Assembly (NCBI GenBank): GCA_001917905.1
Contig: MNEX01000136.1
Coordinates: 10,711 to 74,710, forward strand
DNA length: 64,000 nucleotides
Source of the DNA: Acidobacteria bacterium 13_1_40CM_65_14
GTDB lineage: Bacteria > Acidobacteriota > Vicinamibacteria > Vicinamibacterales > CAVVIG01
Direction of reading: 5' to 3'
The notes beneath the pieces are model-generated. The model ran no database searches, was not told where the DNA came from, and saw nothing but the letters and a program-made list of their open reading frames with translations. A program made the position numbers and the translations under genes. This document shows positions 10,001 to 19,066 of this stretch, one piece after another (position 1 is the stretch's first letter; every line of letters begins with the position of its first letter).

Positions 10001-10692
10001 AAACCGTTTTCGCCGATGACGATGACAACAAACCTCGGGCCGCCGTTTCGTGGAGCGGCGGGAAAGACAGCTGCGCGGCCCTGCAGCGCGCCTGGCCACA
10101 CTTCGACGTCGTTGCCATGGTGACGATGTTCGACGAAGACGCCGCGCGCAGCCGCTCGCACGGATTGCGGCCCGAGGTGCTCGCCGCGCAGGCGGAGCGC
10201 CTCGGTCTAGGTCAGGTGATCGGCCGTTGCACGTGGCCAACCTACAACGACGCGTTCGGTGACGCGCTCGATCGACTGAAAGCCGACGGCATCACGCACG
10301 TCGTCTTCGGCGACATCCTGTTCGACGAGCATCGCCGCTGGGCCGAGGAGATGTGCGCGCCACGTGGACTCGTCGCCGTCGAACCGTTGTTCGGCGGGTC
10401 GACGCGCGAGCTGCTCGTGGATTGGATTCGGTCTGGTGGTGAAGCGGTCATCGTGACGGCGCGCGCGGAATTTCTCGATGCGAGCTGGCTGGGACGTCCG
10501 CTGACGCTGGACATGCTGGCAGAGCTCGAACCGCTCGGCGTCGACCCATGCGGCGAGCGCGGGGAGTATCACACCGTCGTCACCAACAGCCGTTTGTTTC
10601 GTCAGCCGCTCGTGCTCGAGTTCGGTGCACGCGTCGAGCGATCCGGTTGCTGGGCGCTCGACGTCAGCGTCAGCGAGGGCGTGACCGTATGA
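9943..10692 (+). CDS. DUF71 / Dph6-like PP-loop ATP pyrophosphatase, paralog 1
   Basis: AAVSWSGGKDSCAAL (SGGxDS PP-loop) ... VVFGDILFDEHRRW ... DPCGERGEYHT. The true start is probably GTG 9970 or TTG 9973, because the first codons are repeat-derived. Confidence 0.8.
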   Translation: MDTKDTKEGVLIQCRYAESKTVFADDDDNKPRAAVSWSGGKDSCAALQRAWPHFDVVAMVTMFDEDAARSRSHGLRPEVLAAQAERLGLGQVIGRCTWPTYNDAFGDALDRLKADGITHVVFGDILFDEHRRWAEEMCAPRGLVAVEPLFGGSTRELLVDWIRSGGEAVIVTARAEFLDASWLGRPLTLDMLAELEPLGVDPCGERGEYHTVVTNSRLFRQPLVLEFGARVERSGCWALDVSVSEGVTV

Positions 10693-10708
10693 TCAACGGC
10701 CCGCATAG

Positions 10709-10787
10709 CACGAAAGCACGAACCCGCGAAACCACGAAACGAAACCGGATATCTGTTTCGTGTTTTCGTGTTGTCGTCTTTTCGTGG
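10709..10787. repeat. Intergenic hairpin repeat (CACGAAA-type arms)
   Basis: cacgaaagcacgaacccgcgaaaccacgaaacgaaacc ... gtttcgtgttttcgtgttgtcgtcttttcgtgg. Confidence 0.75.
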
Positions 10788-10807
10788 CTGTTCTTGGGTG
10801 TCTTGTC

Positions 10808-11611
10808 GTGACGCCTGGCTCGCACGTCCTGCACGCCGCCGATGTCGCGTTCACCTACGACCGCCGCGGCCGTCTCGTCGTCGACGGCGTGACGCTCGGC
10901 GTTGGGCGCGGCGCGATTGTCGGACTGCTCGGCCCGAACGGATCCGGCAAGACGACGCTGCTGCGACTGCTGTCGGGGACGGTGACGCCGGTCAGCGGAC
11001 GAATCACTATCAACGGTGTGGCCATCGGGACGCTGTCACGGCGCGAGATGGCGCGGCGCATCGCGGTCGTCCCGCAGGAGACGCACTCGGCGTTCGATTT
11101 CAGCGTGCTCGAGATCGTCTTGATGGGACGCTATCCGCACCTCGGCGCGTTCGAGCTCGAGGGCGCAAACGACGTGGCCATCGCGCGCGAGGCGCTGGCG
11201 GCCACCGGCACGGCGGCGCTCGAGTCGCGCCGGTTCGCCACGCTCAGCGGCGGCGAGAAACAGCGCGTCGTCATCGCGAGCGCGCTGGCGCAGTCATCGG
11301 AGATTCTGCTGCTCGACGAGCCGACTGCGTCGCTCGATCTTGGATTCCAGTTCGACATCGCCAGGCTGCTGACGCGTCTCAACCGCGAGCGCGCGGTGAC
11401 GATGGTCGTGTCGACGCACGATTTGAATCTGGCGGCGACGCTCTGCACGGAGCTCGTGCTGTTGAAGTCGGGGCGCGTGCTCGCGCACGGACCGACCGAG
11501 CGCGTCTTGAACGCCGAAAGCGTTCGGGCGCTGTACGGCGTGGACGCAGACGTCGTGCGGCATCCGCGCGCCGGTCACCTCACGGTGGTGCCGCTTGCCC
11601 GCGCCGACTGA
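10808..11611 (+). CDS. ABC transporter ATPase, FecE/BtuD type
   Basis: GLLGPNGSGKTTLL, LSGGEKQRV, LLLDEPTASLD. Start set to the in-frame GTG at 10808, after the repeat. Confidence 0.9.
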   Translation: MTPGSHVLHAADVAFTYDRRGRLVVDGVTLGVGRGAIVGLLGPNGSGKTTLLRLLSGTVTPVSGRITINGVAIGTLSRREMARRIAVVPQETHSAFDFSVLEIVLMGRYPHLGAFELEGANDVAIAREALAATGTAALESRRFATLSGGEKQRVVIASALAQSSEILLLDEPTASLDLGFQFDIARLLTRLNRERAVTMVVSTHDLNLAATLCTELVLLKSGRVLAHGPTERVLNAESVRALYGVDADVVRHPRAGHLTVVPLARAD

Positions 11612-12611
11612 TGTGCGGCGGCGGCTCGTCGTGACGCTTGCCGCGTTCGGCGCGCTGACGATGGTGTGTGGCCTCGTGGCGCCGATCGTCGGCAGCACGC
11701 CGATTTCGCTGTCGCGCGTGTTCAACCGGACGATTCCGTTTGCCGACAACGTCGATGCGCAGGTGTTCTTCGTCGCGCGGCTTCCGCGAGTGATCGCCGC
11801 CGCACTCGTCGGCAGCGGGCTGGCGGTCGCCGGGGTCGTCTTTCAGGCGCTGCTGCGTAATCCACTCGCGTCGCCGGACACGCTCGGCGTGTCCGCCGGT
11901 GCGACACTCGGCGCGATGATCGCCATCACGTTTCACGTCGACGTGGCGGTGATGGGGATCACCGCGGTGCCGCTCGCGAGCTTTCTCGGCTCCGCCGGCG
12001 CGCTCGGAATTGTGTACTTGCTGGCCGCCGCCCGGAGGCGCGGCACCTCGAGCACGGTGCTGCTGCTCGCCGGCGTCGCCTTGTCCGCGTTCCTCGGCGC
12101 GCTGCTGCGCCTCATCCAGATCGTGGCGGACTTCACCGACACGCTGCGCAACGTTCGATGGATGATGGGATCGCTGGACGTCGCGAGCTACGCGCCGATC
12201 GTGGCCGCGCTCGTGCCGATGACATTCGCGTTCGCCGTCGCCGGCTCGCTCCCGCGTGTGCTCGATCTCATCAGCATGGGCGCGGAGGCGGCCGAATCGC
12301 GTGGCGTGGACGTGCGCCGCGCCGAGCGGATTGCGCTGCTCAGCGCGTCGCTGTCGACCGGCGCCGCGGTGTCGCTCGGTGGACCGATTCCCTTCGTCGG
12401 CATCGTCGTGCCGCACATCGTGCGGCTGCTCGTCGGCGCGGATCATCGCGTCGTACTGCCCGCGTCGGCGCTGTTCGGCGCGTCGTTCGTCATCATCTGC
12501 GACTTGGTCGCGCGAACGTTGTTTGGACCGGTGGAGCTTCCCGTTGGCACGGTCACCGCGATTATCGGAGGACCATTCTTTCTATGGCTGCTGTTCAGGC
12601 GACTCGCGTGA
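11595..12611 (+). CDS. ABC transporter permease, FecCD/BtuC type
   Basis: 338 aa, polytopic. RLPRVIAAALVG..LAVAGVVFQALLRNPLASPDTLGVSAGA. Confidence 0.9.
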   Translation: MPAPTDVRRRLVVTLAAFGALTMVCGLVAPIVGSTPISLSRVFNRTIPFADNVDAQVFFVARLPRVIAAALVGSGLAVAGVVFQALLRNPLASPDTLGVSAGATLGAMIAITFHVDVAVMGITAVPLASFLGSAGALGIVYLLAAARRRGTSSTVLLLAGVALSAFLGALLRLIQIVADFTDTLRNVRWMMGSLDVASYAPIVAALVPMTFAFAVAGSLPRVLDLISMGAEAAESRGVDVRRAERIALLSASLSTGAAVSLGGPIPFVGIVVPHIVRLLVGADHRVVLPASALFGASFVIICDLVARTLFGPVELPVGTVTAIIGGPFFLWLLFRRLA

Positions 12612-13537
12612 TCGGCGGTGCGGCGGCACGAAGAACGCAGAGGGCGCAAAGCTCGCAAAGAAACGCCTTTCTGTCACAGCAGAGTGAACCGTGCTTTGCG
12701 GTCTTGGCGGCCTGTGCGTTCTTCTTTCTATCGGCAGGCGCCGTGCACACCCAGGCGCGGCGCGTGGTGTCCATCATTCCCGCGACGACAGAAATGCTGT
12801 TCGCGATGGGTGCGGGTGATCGACTCGTCGCCGTCGGCAGCTACGACCGCTTTCCATCGGAGGTCGAGAAGCTGCCGCGCGTCGGCGCCCTGCTCGATCC
12901 GGCGGTCGAACGGATTATCGCGATGCGTCCGGATCTCGTGATTCTCTACGGCACGCAGAACGAGCTTCGGACGCAGCTCGACCGCGCGCAGATTGCGTAC
13001 TACTCGTACACGCATCGCGGGCTGACCGATATCACCGAGACCATTCGGTCGCTGGGCGCGCGCGTCGGCGTCGCTCCACGCGCAAACGCCCTGGCCGACA
13101 GCATCGAGCGGCAGCTCGCCGACATCAGGTCGCGCGTCGCCACGAGTCCGAGGCCGAAGACGCTGCTCGTGTTCGGACGCGAGCGCGGCACGCTGAGGAA
13201 CATCGACGCGAGCGGCGGCGTGGGATTCCTGCACGACATGCTCGAAACCGCCGGCGGCGCCGACGTCATGGGCGACGTGAAGCAGCAGTCGGTCATCATG
13301 ACGACGGAGCTGGTGCTGGCGCGGGCGCCGGAGGTGATCATCGAGCTCAGGTACGCGCGCGGCGACGACACCAACGCCACTGACCTGCGCGAGTGGAACG
13401 CGCTGCCGTCGGTGCCGGCGGTGAAGAACCACCGCGTATACATGCTGCGCGGTGAAGAATTCGTCGTGCCCGGTCCTCGCGTCGCCGCGGCCACCGAGCG
13501 CTTGGGCCGCCTCCTGCACCCCGAGGCGTTCAAATGA
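12584..13537 (+). CDS. Periplasmic substrate-binding protein, BtuF/FhuD-like
   Basis: RRVVSIIPATTEMLFAMGAGDRLVAVGSYDRFP ... PDLVILYG. The start is uncertain. The signal-peptide-like CFAVLAACAFFFLSAGAVHTQA is encoded by a repeat arm. Confidence 0.8.
   Translation: MAAVQATRVIGGAAARRTQRAQSSQRNAFLSQQSEPCFAVLAACAFFFLSAGAVHTQARRVVSIIPATTEMLFAMGAGDRLVAVGSYDRFPSEVEKLPRVGALLDPAVERIIAMRPDLVILYGTQNELRTQLDRAQIAYYSYTHRGLTDITETIRSLGARVGVAPRANALADSIERQLADIRSRVATSPRPKTLLVFGRERGTLRNIDASGGVGFLHDMLETAGGADVMGDVKQQSVIMTTELVLARAPEVIIELRYARGDDTNATDLREWNALPSVPAVKNHRVYMLRGEEFVVPGPRVAAATERLGRLLHPEAFK
12627..12725. repeat. Hairpin repeat (CGCAGAG/GCAAAG-type arms)
   Basis: gcacgaagaacgcagagggcgcaaagctcgcaaag ... ctttgcggtcttggcggcctgtgcgttcttc. 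Confidence 0.75.
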
Positions 13538-14217
13538 AAACGCTCGTGTCGTGGTCGAGCGGCAAGGACAGTGCGTGGATGGTGCACGTGCTCCGGCAGC
13601 GCGGCGATGTGCAGCTCGCCGGCCTGCTGACGACGATCAACGAATCGGCGCAGCGTGTGGCGATGCACGCGGTGCGCGTCGATCTGCTGCAGGCGCAGGC
13701 AGACGCGCTCGGACTGCCGCTGTGGCAGATCCCGATTCCGTCGCCCTGTCCGAACGACGTCTACGAGCGGGCGATGGCGGCGGCGGTCGCGCGTGCGGTC
13801 GCCGACGGCTTCACGCACATCGCGTTCGGCGATTTGTTTCTCGAGGACATCCGCCGGTATCGCGCAGAGAAGCTGGCGGGAACAGGACTGACGCCGCTGT
13901 TTCCGCTGTTTGACGCCGACACGCCGCGGCTGGCGCGCGAGATGGTGACGGCGGGACTGGGCGCGCGGATCACATGCGTCAACCCGAAGGTCATCGATCG
14001 ATCGTTTGCCGGACGCGAGTTCAACGCGTCGCTGCTCGACGACCTGCCACCGTCAGTCGATCCGTGCGGCGAGCGCGGCGAGTTCCACACGTTCGCCTAC
14101 AAAGGTCCGATGTTCGCGCGCGAGATTCCAATCGACATCGGCATCACCGTCGAGCGCGATGGGTTCGTGTTCACCGATCTGCAATGGCGACATACCCCGA
14201 GCGCATTGTCTGTCTGA
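13534..14217 (+). CDS. DUF71 / Dph6-like PP-loop ATP pyrophosphatase, paralog 2
   Basis: MKTLVSWSSGKDSAWMV ... IAFGDLFLEDIRRY ... DPCGERGEFHTF. ATGA overlap with the upstream gene. Confidence 0.85.
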   Translation: MKTLVSWSSGKDSAWMVHVLRQRGDVQLAGLLTTINESAQRVAMHAVRVDLLQAQADALGLPLWQIPIPSPCPNDVYERAMAAAVARAVADGFTHIAFGDLFLEDIRRYRAEKLAGTGLTPLFPLFDADTPRLAREMVTAGLGARITCVNPKVIDRSFAGREFNASLLDDLPPSVDPCGERGEFHTFAYKGPMFAREIPIDIGITVERDGFVFTDLQWRHTPSALSV

Positions 14218-14984
14218 CGGAAGAGACGACCGAGACGCTCTACCTCCTCGGCCAGGGCGAGCGGATCGTCGGCGTTTCCGGCTACACCGTGCGTCCGCCG
14301 GAGGCGCGACGGAAGCCGAAGGTCTCGGCGTTCATCAACGCGAAGTTCGACAAGATCGAGGCGCTGAAGCCGGACCTCGTGCTCGCGTTCTCCGATCTGC
14401 AGGCGGATTTGTCGGCGGAGCTCGTGCGGCGCGGCATCGCCGTCGTGACCTTCAATCAGCGGACCGTCGCCGAGATCCTGCAGATGATCCGGATGCTCGG
14501 CGGACTCGTCGGCTGTCAGGGCGAAGCGGAGGCGCTCGCCGATCGACTTGCCGCCGGCCTCGATCGCATTCGGGAATCGGCGTCGCACTTTCCCTCGCAG
14601 CCGCGTACGTTCTTCGAGGAATGGGACGATCCGTTGATCTCGGGGATCCGCTGGGTCGAGGAACTGGCGGAGATCGCCGGCGGCGCGCCGATCTTTCCCG
14701 AGCTTGCGCACGCCGGGCTCGCAAAGGATCGCATCGTCGATCCGGCGGAGGTCGCTCGACGCGATCCGCAAATCGTCTTCGCGTCGTGGTGCGGAAAGAA
14801 GATGAAGAAGGCGACGATCGTCGGCCGCGCCGGGTGGGACTCAGTGAGCGCCGTACGCGACGACGAGATTCACGAGATCAAGTCGACCTACATCCTGCAG
14901 CCGGGCCCGGCGAGCCTGACCGTGGGCGTCCAGCAACTTCACGACATGCTCTCGCGGTTCCACCGCGCGCGCTTGCGCCCGTAG
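14184..14984 (+). CDS. Cobalamin-binding / BtuF-like protein without signal peptide
   Basis: MATYPERIVCLTEETTETLYLLGQGERIVGVSGY ... KPDLVLAF (periplasmic-binding-protein type 2 fold signature). No N-terminal hydrophobic leader. Confidence 0.75.
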   Translation: MATYPERIVCLTEETTETLYLLGQGERIVGVSGYTVRPPEARRKPKVSAFINAKFDKIEALKPDLVLAFSDLQADLSAELVRRGIAVVTFNQRTVAEILQMIRMLGGLVGCQGEAEALADRLAAGLDRIRESASHFPSQPRTFFEEWDDPLISGIRWVEELAEIAGGAPIFPELAHAGLAKDRIVDPAEVARRDPQIVFASWCGKKMKKATIVGRAGWDSVSAVRDDEIHEIKSTYILQPGPASLTVGVQQLHDMLSRFHRARLRP

Positions 14985-15796
14985 CCGATTCGCGCCTTCA
15001 CGGTGCGGCCGATCTGCCGCACGGCGGCCGCCGCCGACGGCTGCCACACGAAGACGCTCTTGCACAACGCGCGCTCCTCGCCGATCGAGGCGCCGCGGGC
15101 GCGCGCTTCCATGAGCCGCGCGTAGTAGACGCACCACAGCGTGAAGTACCGATTGTCGACCGCCGCGAGATAGCCGTTGTAGTCGGCGAACGCGCCTTGT
15201 CCCCATTCCATCGGATGGCGCTCGTGCCGAATCTCGCCGCCGCTCGCAATCAGTCCGTCGCCGTGACACATCGCGATCGCGGCGTAGACGACGTCCCAGC
15301 ACGCCTCACCGATGATGTACGGCCGGAAGCGATGCTGGTTCGCGCGCCACCACCGCACGTCGAACGCGAACGCATCGAGGCCCGAGAGCGTCGGCTCGAG
15401 CGCGCGCCCCGTCTCGCGATCGACGTCGAGCCGCGAGAACGCGTACGTTTCTTCACTGCGCTCTTGAATGAGCGTAACGGCCGCCTGCGTCACGATGATG
15501 TCGGCGTTGGTGAGCATGAAGTATTGATGCCCGCCGCGCTCGGCCAGGTCGGCGAGCGCCCGCATCATGTCGGTGGTGATTGGCTTACGCCGGCCGCCGC
15601 AGCCGCTGACGCTGCGCGAGTCGAGGTGAAGATCGCAGACCGTCCGAATCCACGGCCGCCACGGCGGCGTCGGGTCCCACTGCAGATCGACGACTTCGAC
15701 TCCTTCCAGCCTGCCCAGCGCGTCCATGGCCTGCGCCTGACGCCGTTGGCTGTCGCCGTGTGCGGCGTAGAACTGCGTGCCGATGAGGATGCTCAT
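14939..15796 (-). CDS. Hypothetical protein (possibly GT-A-like fold)
   Basis: 285 aa. YFMLTNADIIV ... GLDAFAFDVRWW is reminiscent of glycosyltransferase-2-like proteins. Weak. Confidence 0.5.
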   Translation of the reverse strand: MSILIGTQFYAAHGDSQRRQAQAMDALGRLEGVEVVDLQWDPTPPWRPWIRTVCDLHLDSRSVSGCGGRRKPITTDMMRALADLAERGGHQYFMLTNADIIVTQAAVTLIQERSEETYAFSRLDVDRETGRALEPTLSGLDAFAFDVRWWRANQHRFRPYIIGEACWDVVYAAIAMCHGDGLIASGGEIRHERHPMEWGQGAFADYNGYLAAVDNRYFTLWCVYYARLMEARARGASIGEERALCKSVFVWQPSAAAAVRQIGRTVKARIGYGRKRARWNRESMS

Positions 15797-16293
15797 ACGT
15801 CGTCATCGGGATCGATGGCGATGTACGGCTGCGACGCGCGTTTGACGACAATCGTGAGGCCGAAGGCGACGAGCACCGCCGCCGCCGCGAGGCCGACGTA
15901 GATGCCGCTGCCGACGATCGCGTGGGCGTCCTGGACGGCTGACGCCGGCACGCCGTCGGCAATCGCGACCGCCTGCGCCCACGTCCGCGCGCCCTGCTCG
16001 GCCGATCGCGGCACGATGCGCCACGCGAGAAAAGTGATGCCGAGTGAAAAGAGGCCGATGACCAGCAGCGGGTGCCGCGAGTTCTTCCGCGTGATCATGC
16101 TCAGCGTCGCGAGCACGGCGGCCAGTGCGCCCAGGCCCGCCAGCCACAGCGCCCAGACGTCGGGCACGCCGCGCCGCGAATACTCGCCGATGATGACCCA
16201 GGGCAGGAATGCGCTCGTCGTCAACGCGACGCCCGCGGCAAGCGGAACGAGATAGCCCCGCATGCCGGGACGGAACATGCCTCTAAACCGCAT
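15793..16293 (-). CDS. Small membrane protein, unknown function
   Basis: 166 aa, 4-5 hydrophobic helices. 4-nt overlap with the downstream gene. Confidence 0.55.
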   Translation of the reverse strand: MRFRGMFRPGMRGYLVPLAAGVALTTSAFLPWVIIGEYSRRGVPDVWALWLAGLGALAAVLATLSMITRKNSRHPLLVIGLFSLGITFLAWRIVPRSAEQGARTWAQAVAIADGVPASAVQDAHAIVGSGIYVGLAAAAVLVAFGLTIVVKRASQPYIAIDPDDDV

Positions 16294-16466
16294 TCGCCCG
16301 AGTCTAGCATGCAGAACGAAGCACCCTGAGCTGACGATAGCGCTATCATGAACTTGGGAGCGTTCTGATGCGACGGATCAAGCTGACTGAAGATGTTCGT
16401 GATTTTCGCAGGGTTACCGGCAGCTGTTGAGAGTATGGAAACGGCAACGCTTCAAACGCAGATAGG

Positions 16467-16670
16467 CTATTGCACGTCTTTCCATTCTTCGTACCACGCC
16501 ATCTGGATCGCTTCGAGCTTCGGCTCGTTCGACGTCTTCGGATCGTCGTCGAAGTCGTCGAGCGCGATCACTTTCTCGCGCAGATCGGTGAAGCGGAGGG
16601 TCAGCGGATCGACGCCGGGAAATTTTTCCACGAGTGCAATGCCGATGTCTTCCGCGTCGGTCCACTTCAC
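16467..16670 (-). CDS. iscX: Fe-S assembly protein IscX
   Basis: MKWTDAEDIGIALVEKFPGVDPLTLRFTDL...DDFDDDPKTSNEPKLEAIQMAW closely parallels E. coli IscX/YfhJ. Confidence 0.88.
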   Translation of the reverse strand: MKWTDAEDIGIALVEKFPGVDPLTLRFTDLREKVIALDDFDDDPKTSNEPKLEAIQMAWYEEWKDVQ

Positions 16671-17077
16671 GGCGTGACCTCCTGGGCTTTGCGCTCCTTC
16701 TTGTCCGATTTCCCGAGCTGGATGCCGCCGCCTTCCTGGACGTAGTTCCGCGTGTACATCGGCAGCTCACAGACGACGTCACCTGTGATGACGGCCTGGC
16801 AGCCGAGCCGCGACTGCGGCGTCAGATCCCATGCGGTGTCGAGGCGATCTGCCTCGTCGTCCTGCATCTCGCTGAGGTTCTGCGCGCCCTCGCGGATGAT
16901 GACGTGACAGGTCGTGCACGCGCAGCTGCCGCCGCAGGCGTGCTCGAGCGGGACATGGAGGTTTTTGGCGACGTCGAGAAACGACTCCGGCTTGCCGTGG
17001 TGTGAGTACGGCAGCTGGCCGGTTTCGAACTCGACCGTCGTCGGTTCGCCGTCGATGATGAAAGTGACTTTGGGCAT
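16667..17077 (-). CDS. fdx: ISC-type [2Fe-2S] ferredoxin
   Basis: MPKVTFIIDG ... HACGGSCACTTCHVII ... SRLGCQ. Confidence 0.9.
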   Translation of the reverse strand: MPKVTFIIDGEPTTVEFETGQLPYSHHGKPESFLDVAKNLHVPLEHACGGSCACTTCHVIIREGAQNLSEMQDDEADRLDTAWDLTPQSRLGCQAVITGDVVCELPMYTRNYVQEGGGIQLGKSDKKERKAQEVTP

Positions 17078-17145
17078 ATTCTCTCGCTCGCCCTGAGCGC
17101 TCATCCTTCGACATGCTCAGGATGAGCGTCGAAGGGCTTCGCGCG

Positions 17146-18966
17146 CTACATTTCGTTGACGTTCTTGCCGGACAGCGCTGCGTGGACCGAGCGGTTCATC
17201 ATGACTTCGGCCAGATGCTGTGTCACGTCGTTCAGCGCATGGGTCCACTTCTGAATCGTCTCGCGGTCGTTTGAGTTCAGCACCATCTTCAGCCCGGCGA
17301 GAACCGATTCGATTTTCTGGCGCTCGCCCGGCGCGAGATCCGTCTTGTCGATTTCCGAGAAATCGGGCGAGCGGAGGGACTTCTCGGTCGCGGCCATCAC
17401 GCTCTCGGCCTCGTTGCGCGCCTCGATCAACAGGCGCGCGGCGAAATCGGCCTCGGCGTGCTCGAAGGAGTCGACGAGCATGCGCTCGACTTCCTCGTCG
17501 GTCAGTCCGTACGACGGCTTCACTTCGATCGTCTGCTCGACGTCGGTCCGCTCTTCGCGCGCGGTGACGCTGAGGATGCCGTTCGCGTCGATCTGAAACT
17601 GCACCTGCACGCGCGGCAGGCCGGCCGGCATCGGCGGGATGCCGCGCAGCTTGAAGCGTGCGAGCGATCGATTGTCGGCCACGAGCTCGCGCTCCCCTTG
17701 CAGCACGTGAATGTCGACCGCCGTCTGATTGTCGACCGCCGTCGTGAACATCTCGCTCCCGGTCGCCGGGATCGTCGAGTTGCGCAGGATGATCTTCGAC
17801 ATCACGCCGCCCATCGTCTCGATGCCGAGCGACAGCGGCGTCACGTCGAGCAGCAGCATGTCGCGGTTGCCGGTGATGAGGATGTCGGCCTGCACGGCGG
17901 CGCCGAGCGCGACCACCTCGTCGGGATTCAACTCGCTGTGCGGCGTCTTCCCGAACAGTTCTTCGACCTTGCGGCGCACGAGCGGAATCCGCGTCGAGCC
18001 GCCGACGAGGACCACTTCGTCGATCTGTGACGGCTGAAGTCCGGCGTCGGCGAGCGCCTGGCGGCACGGCTCGAGCGTACGATCGACGATCGGCTTGATG
18101 ATCGCCTCGAATTCGGCGCGCGTGAGACGCTTGCCGTTCAACGTCGTCTCGTCACGCTCGGAGAGATCCACCTTCGCTTGGATGACCGCCTTGCGGATCT
18201 CCTGAACGGCTTCCGAGGTCCGGCTAGAGCCGGACGCGACATCAGAAAGAACACGATCCATCAGCAGGACGTCGATGTCGTCGCCGCCCAGATGCGTGTC
18301 GCCGTTGGTCGACAACACCTGGAACACGCCGTCCTCGACACGGAGAATCGAAATGTCGAACGTCCCGCCGCCGAGGTCGTACACCGCGATGATGCCGGTG
18401 TGCCGTTTGTCGAGGCCGTATGCGAGCGACGCCGCGGTCGGTTCGTTGATGATGCGCAGAACTTCGAGGCCCGCGATCCGTCCCGCGTCGCGCGTGGCCG
18501 TTCTCTGCGCGTCGTTGAAATAGGCCGGGACAGTGATGACAGCGCGATCGACCTCGTTGTCCACCTCGCGGTGTTCCGCGAAGTGCTCCTCCGCGCGGCG
18601 CTTCAGCTCGCGAAGGATGAATGCGGAGATCTCGGGCGGCGTGAACTCCCGATCGCCGAGGCCGATGCGGACGACGCCCCCCGCCTCGCCGCTCACGCCG
18701 AACGGGAAATGTTCGGCTTCGTTCTGCACGTCCTCGCGGCCCTTGCCCATGAATCGCTTCACGGAGTATGCGGTCCGCTGCGCGTCGATCAACAGCCGCC
18801 GCTGGGCCTCGCGTCCGACGTGGACGGCGCCGTTCTCGGCGACCGAGACGACGGACGGCACGAGGCCGTCGCCGCTCTTGTCGCGGATGACGATCGGCAC
18901 GCCGTCCTTCACGTAGGCGACGAGCGAATTCGTGGTACCGAGATCGATGCCGACGACTTTGCTCAT
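17146..18966 (-). CDS. hscA: Fe-S cluster chaperone HscA (Hsp70 family)
   Basis: MSKVVGIDLGTTNSLVA ... VITVPAYFNDAQR ... DLGGGTFD ... LVGGSTRIP. Sits in the isc operon. Confidence 0.95.
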   Translation of the reverse strand: MSKVVGIDLGTTNSLVAYVKDGVPIVIRDKSGDGLVPSVVSVAENGAVHVGREAQRRLLIDAQRTAYSVKRFMGKGREDVQNEAEHFPFGVSGEAGGVVRIGLGDREFTPPEISAFILRELKRRAEEHFAEHREVDNEVDRAVITVPAYFNDAQRTATRDAGRIAGLEVLRIINEPTAASLAYGLDKRHTGIIAVYDLGGGTFDISILRVEDGVFQVLSTNGDTHLGGDDIDVLLMDRVLSDVASGSSRTSEAVQEIRKAVIQAKVDLSERDETTLNGKRLTRAEFEAIIKPIVDRTLEPCRQALADAGLQPSQIDEVVLVGGSTRIPLVRRKVEELFGKTPHSELNPDEVVALGAAVQADILITGNRDMLLLDVTPLSLGIETMGGVMSKIILRNSTIPATGSEMFTTAVDNQTAVDIHVLQGERELVADNRSLARFKLRGIPPMPAGLPRVQVQFQIDANGILSVTAREERTDVEQTIEVKPSYGLTDEEVERMLVDSFEHAEADFAARLLIEARNEAESVMAATEKSLRSPDFSEIDKTDLAPGERQKIESVLAGLKMVLNSNDRETIQKWTHALNDVTQHLAEVMMNRSVHAALSGKNVNEM

Positions 18967-18977
18967 ACGACGAAGCG

Positions 18978-19060
18978 CTCCACCACAGAGGACACGGGGG
19001 ACACGGCGTGGCAAACCTGTTTGGTGAGCAGGTTTGAACCTCCGCGTCCTCCGTGGTAGC
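18978..19060. repeat. Intercistronic hairpin repeat (GAGGACACG-type arms)
   Basis: ctccaccacagaggacacgggggacacgg ... cctccgcgtcctccgtggtagc. Between hscB and hscA. Confidence 0.8.
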
Positions 19061-19066
19061 TAGTTC

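Noticed and set aside
14006-15901. 631-aa plus-strand ORF overlapping the BtuF-like gene and two minus-strand genes
   Set aside because: It is out of frame with the recognisable binding-protein sequence, and its composition is Arg/Pro/Gly-rich.
16336-16347. Perfect 12-bp palindrome GATAGCGCTATC in the lower-G+C gap downstream of iscX (possible operator)
   Set aside because: It is a single occurrence with no second half-site, no recognisable regulator family and no nearby regulator gene. That is insufficient support.
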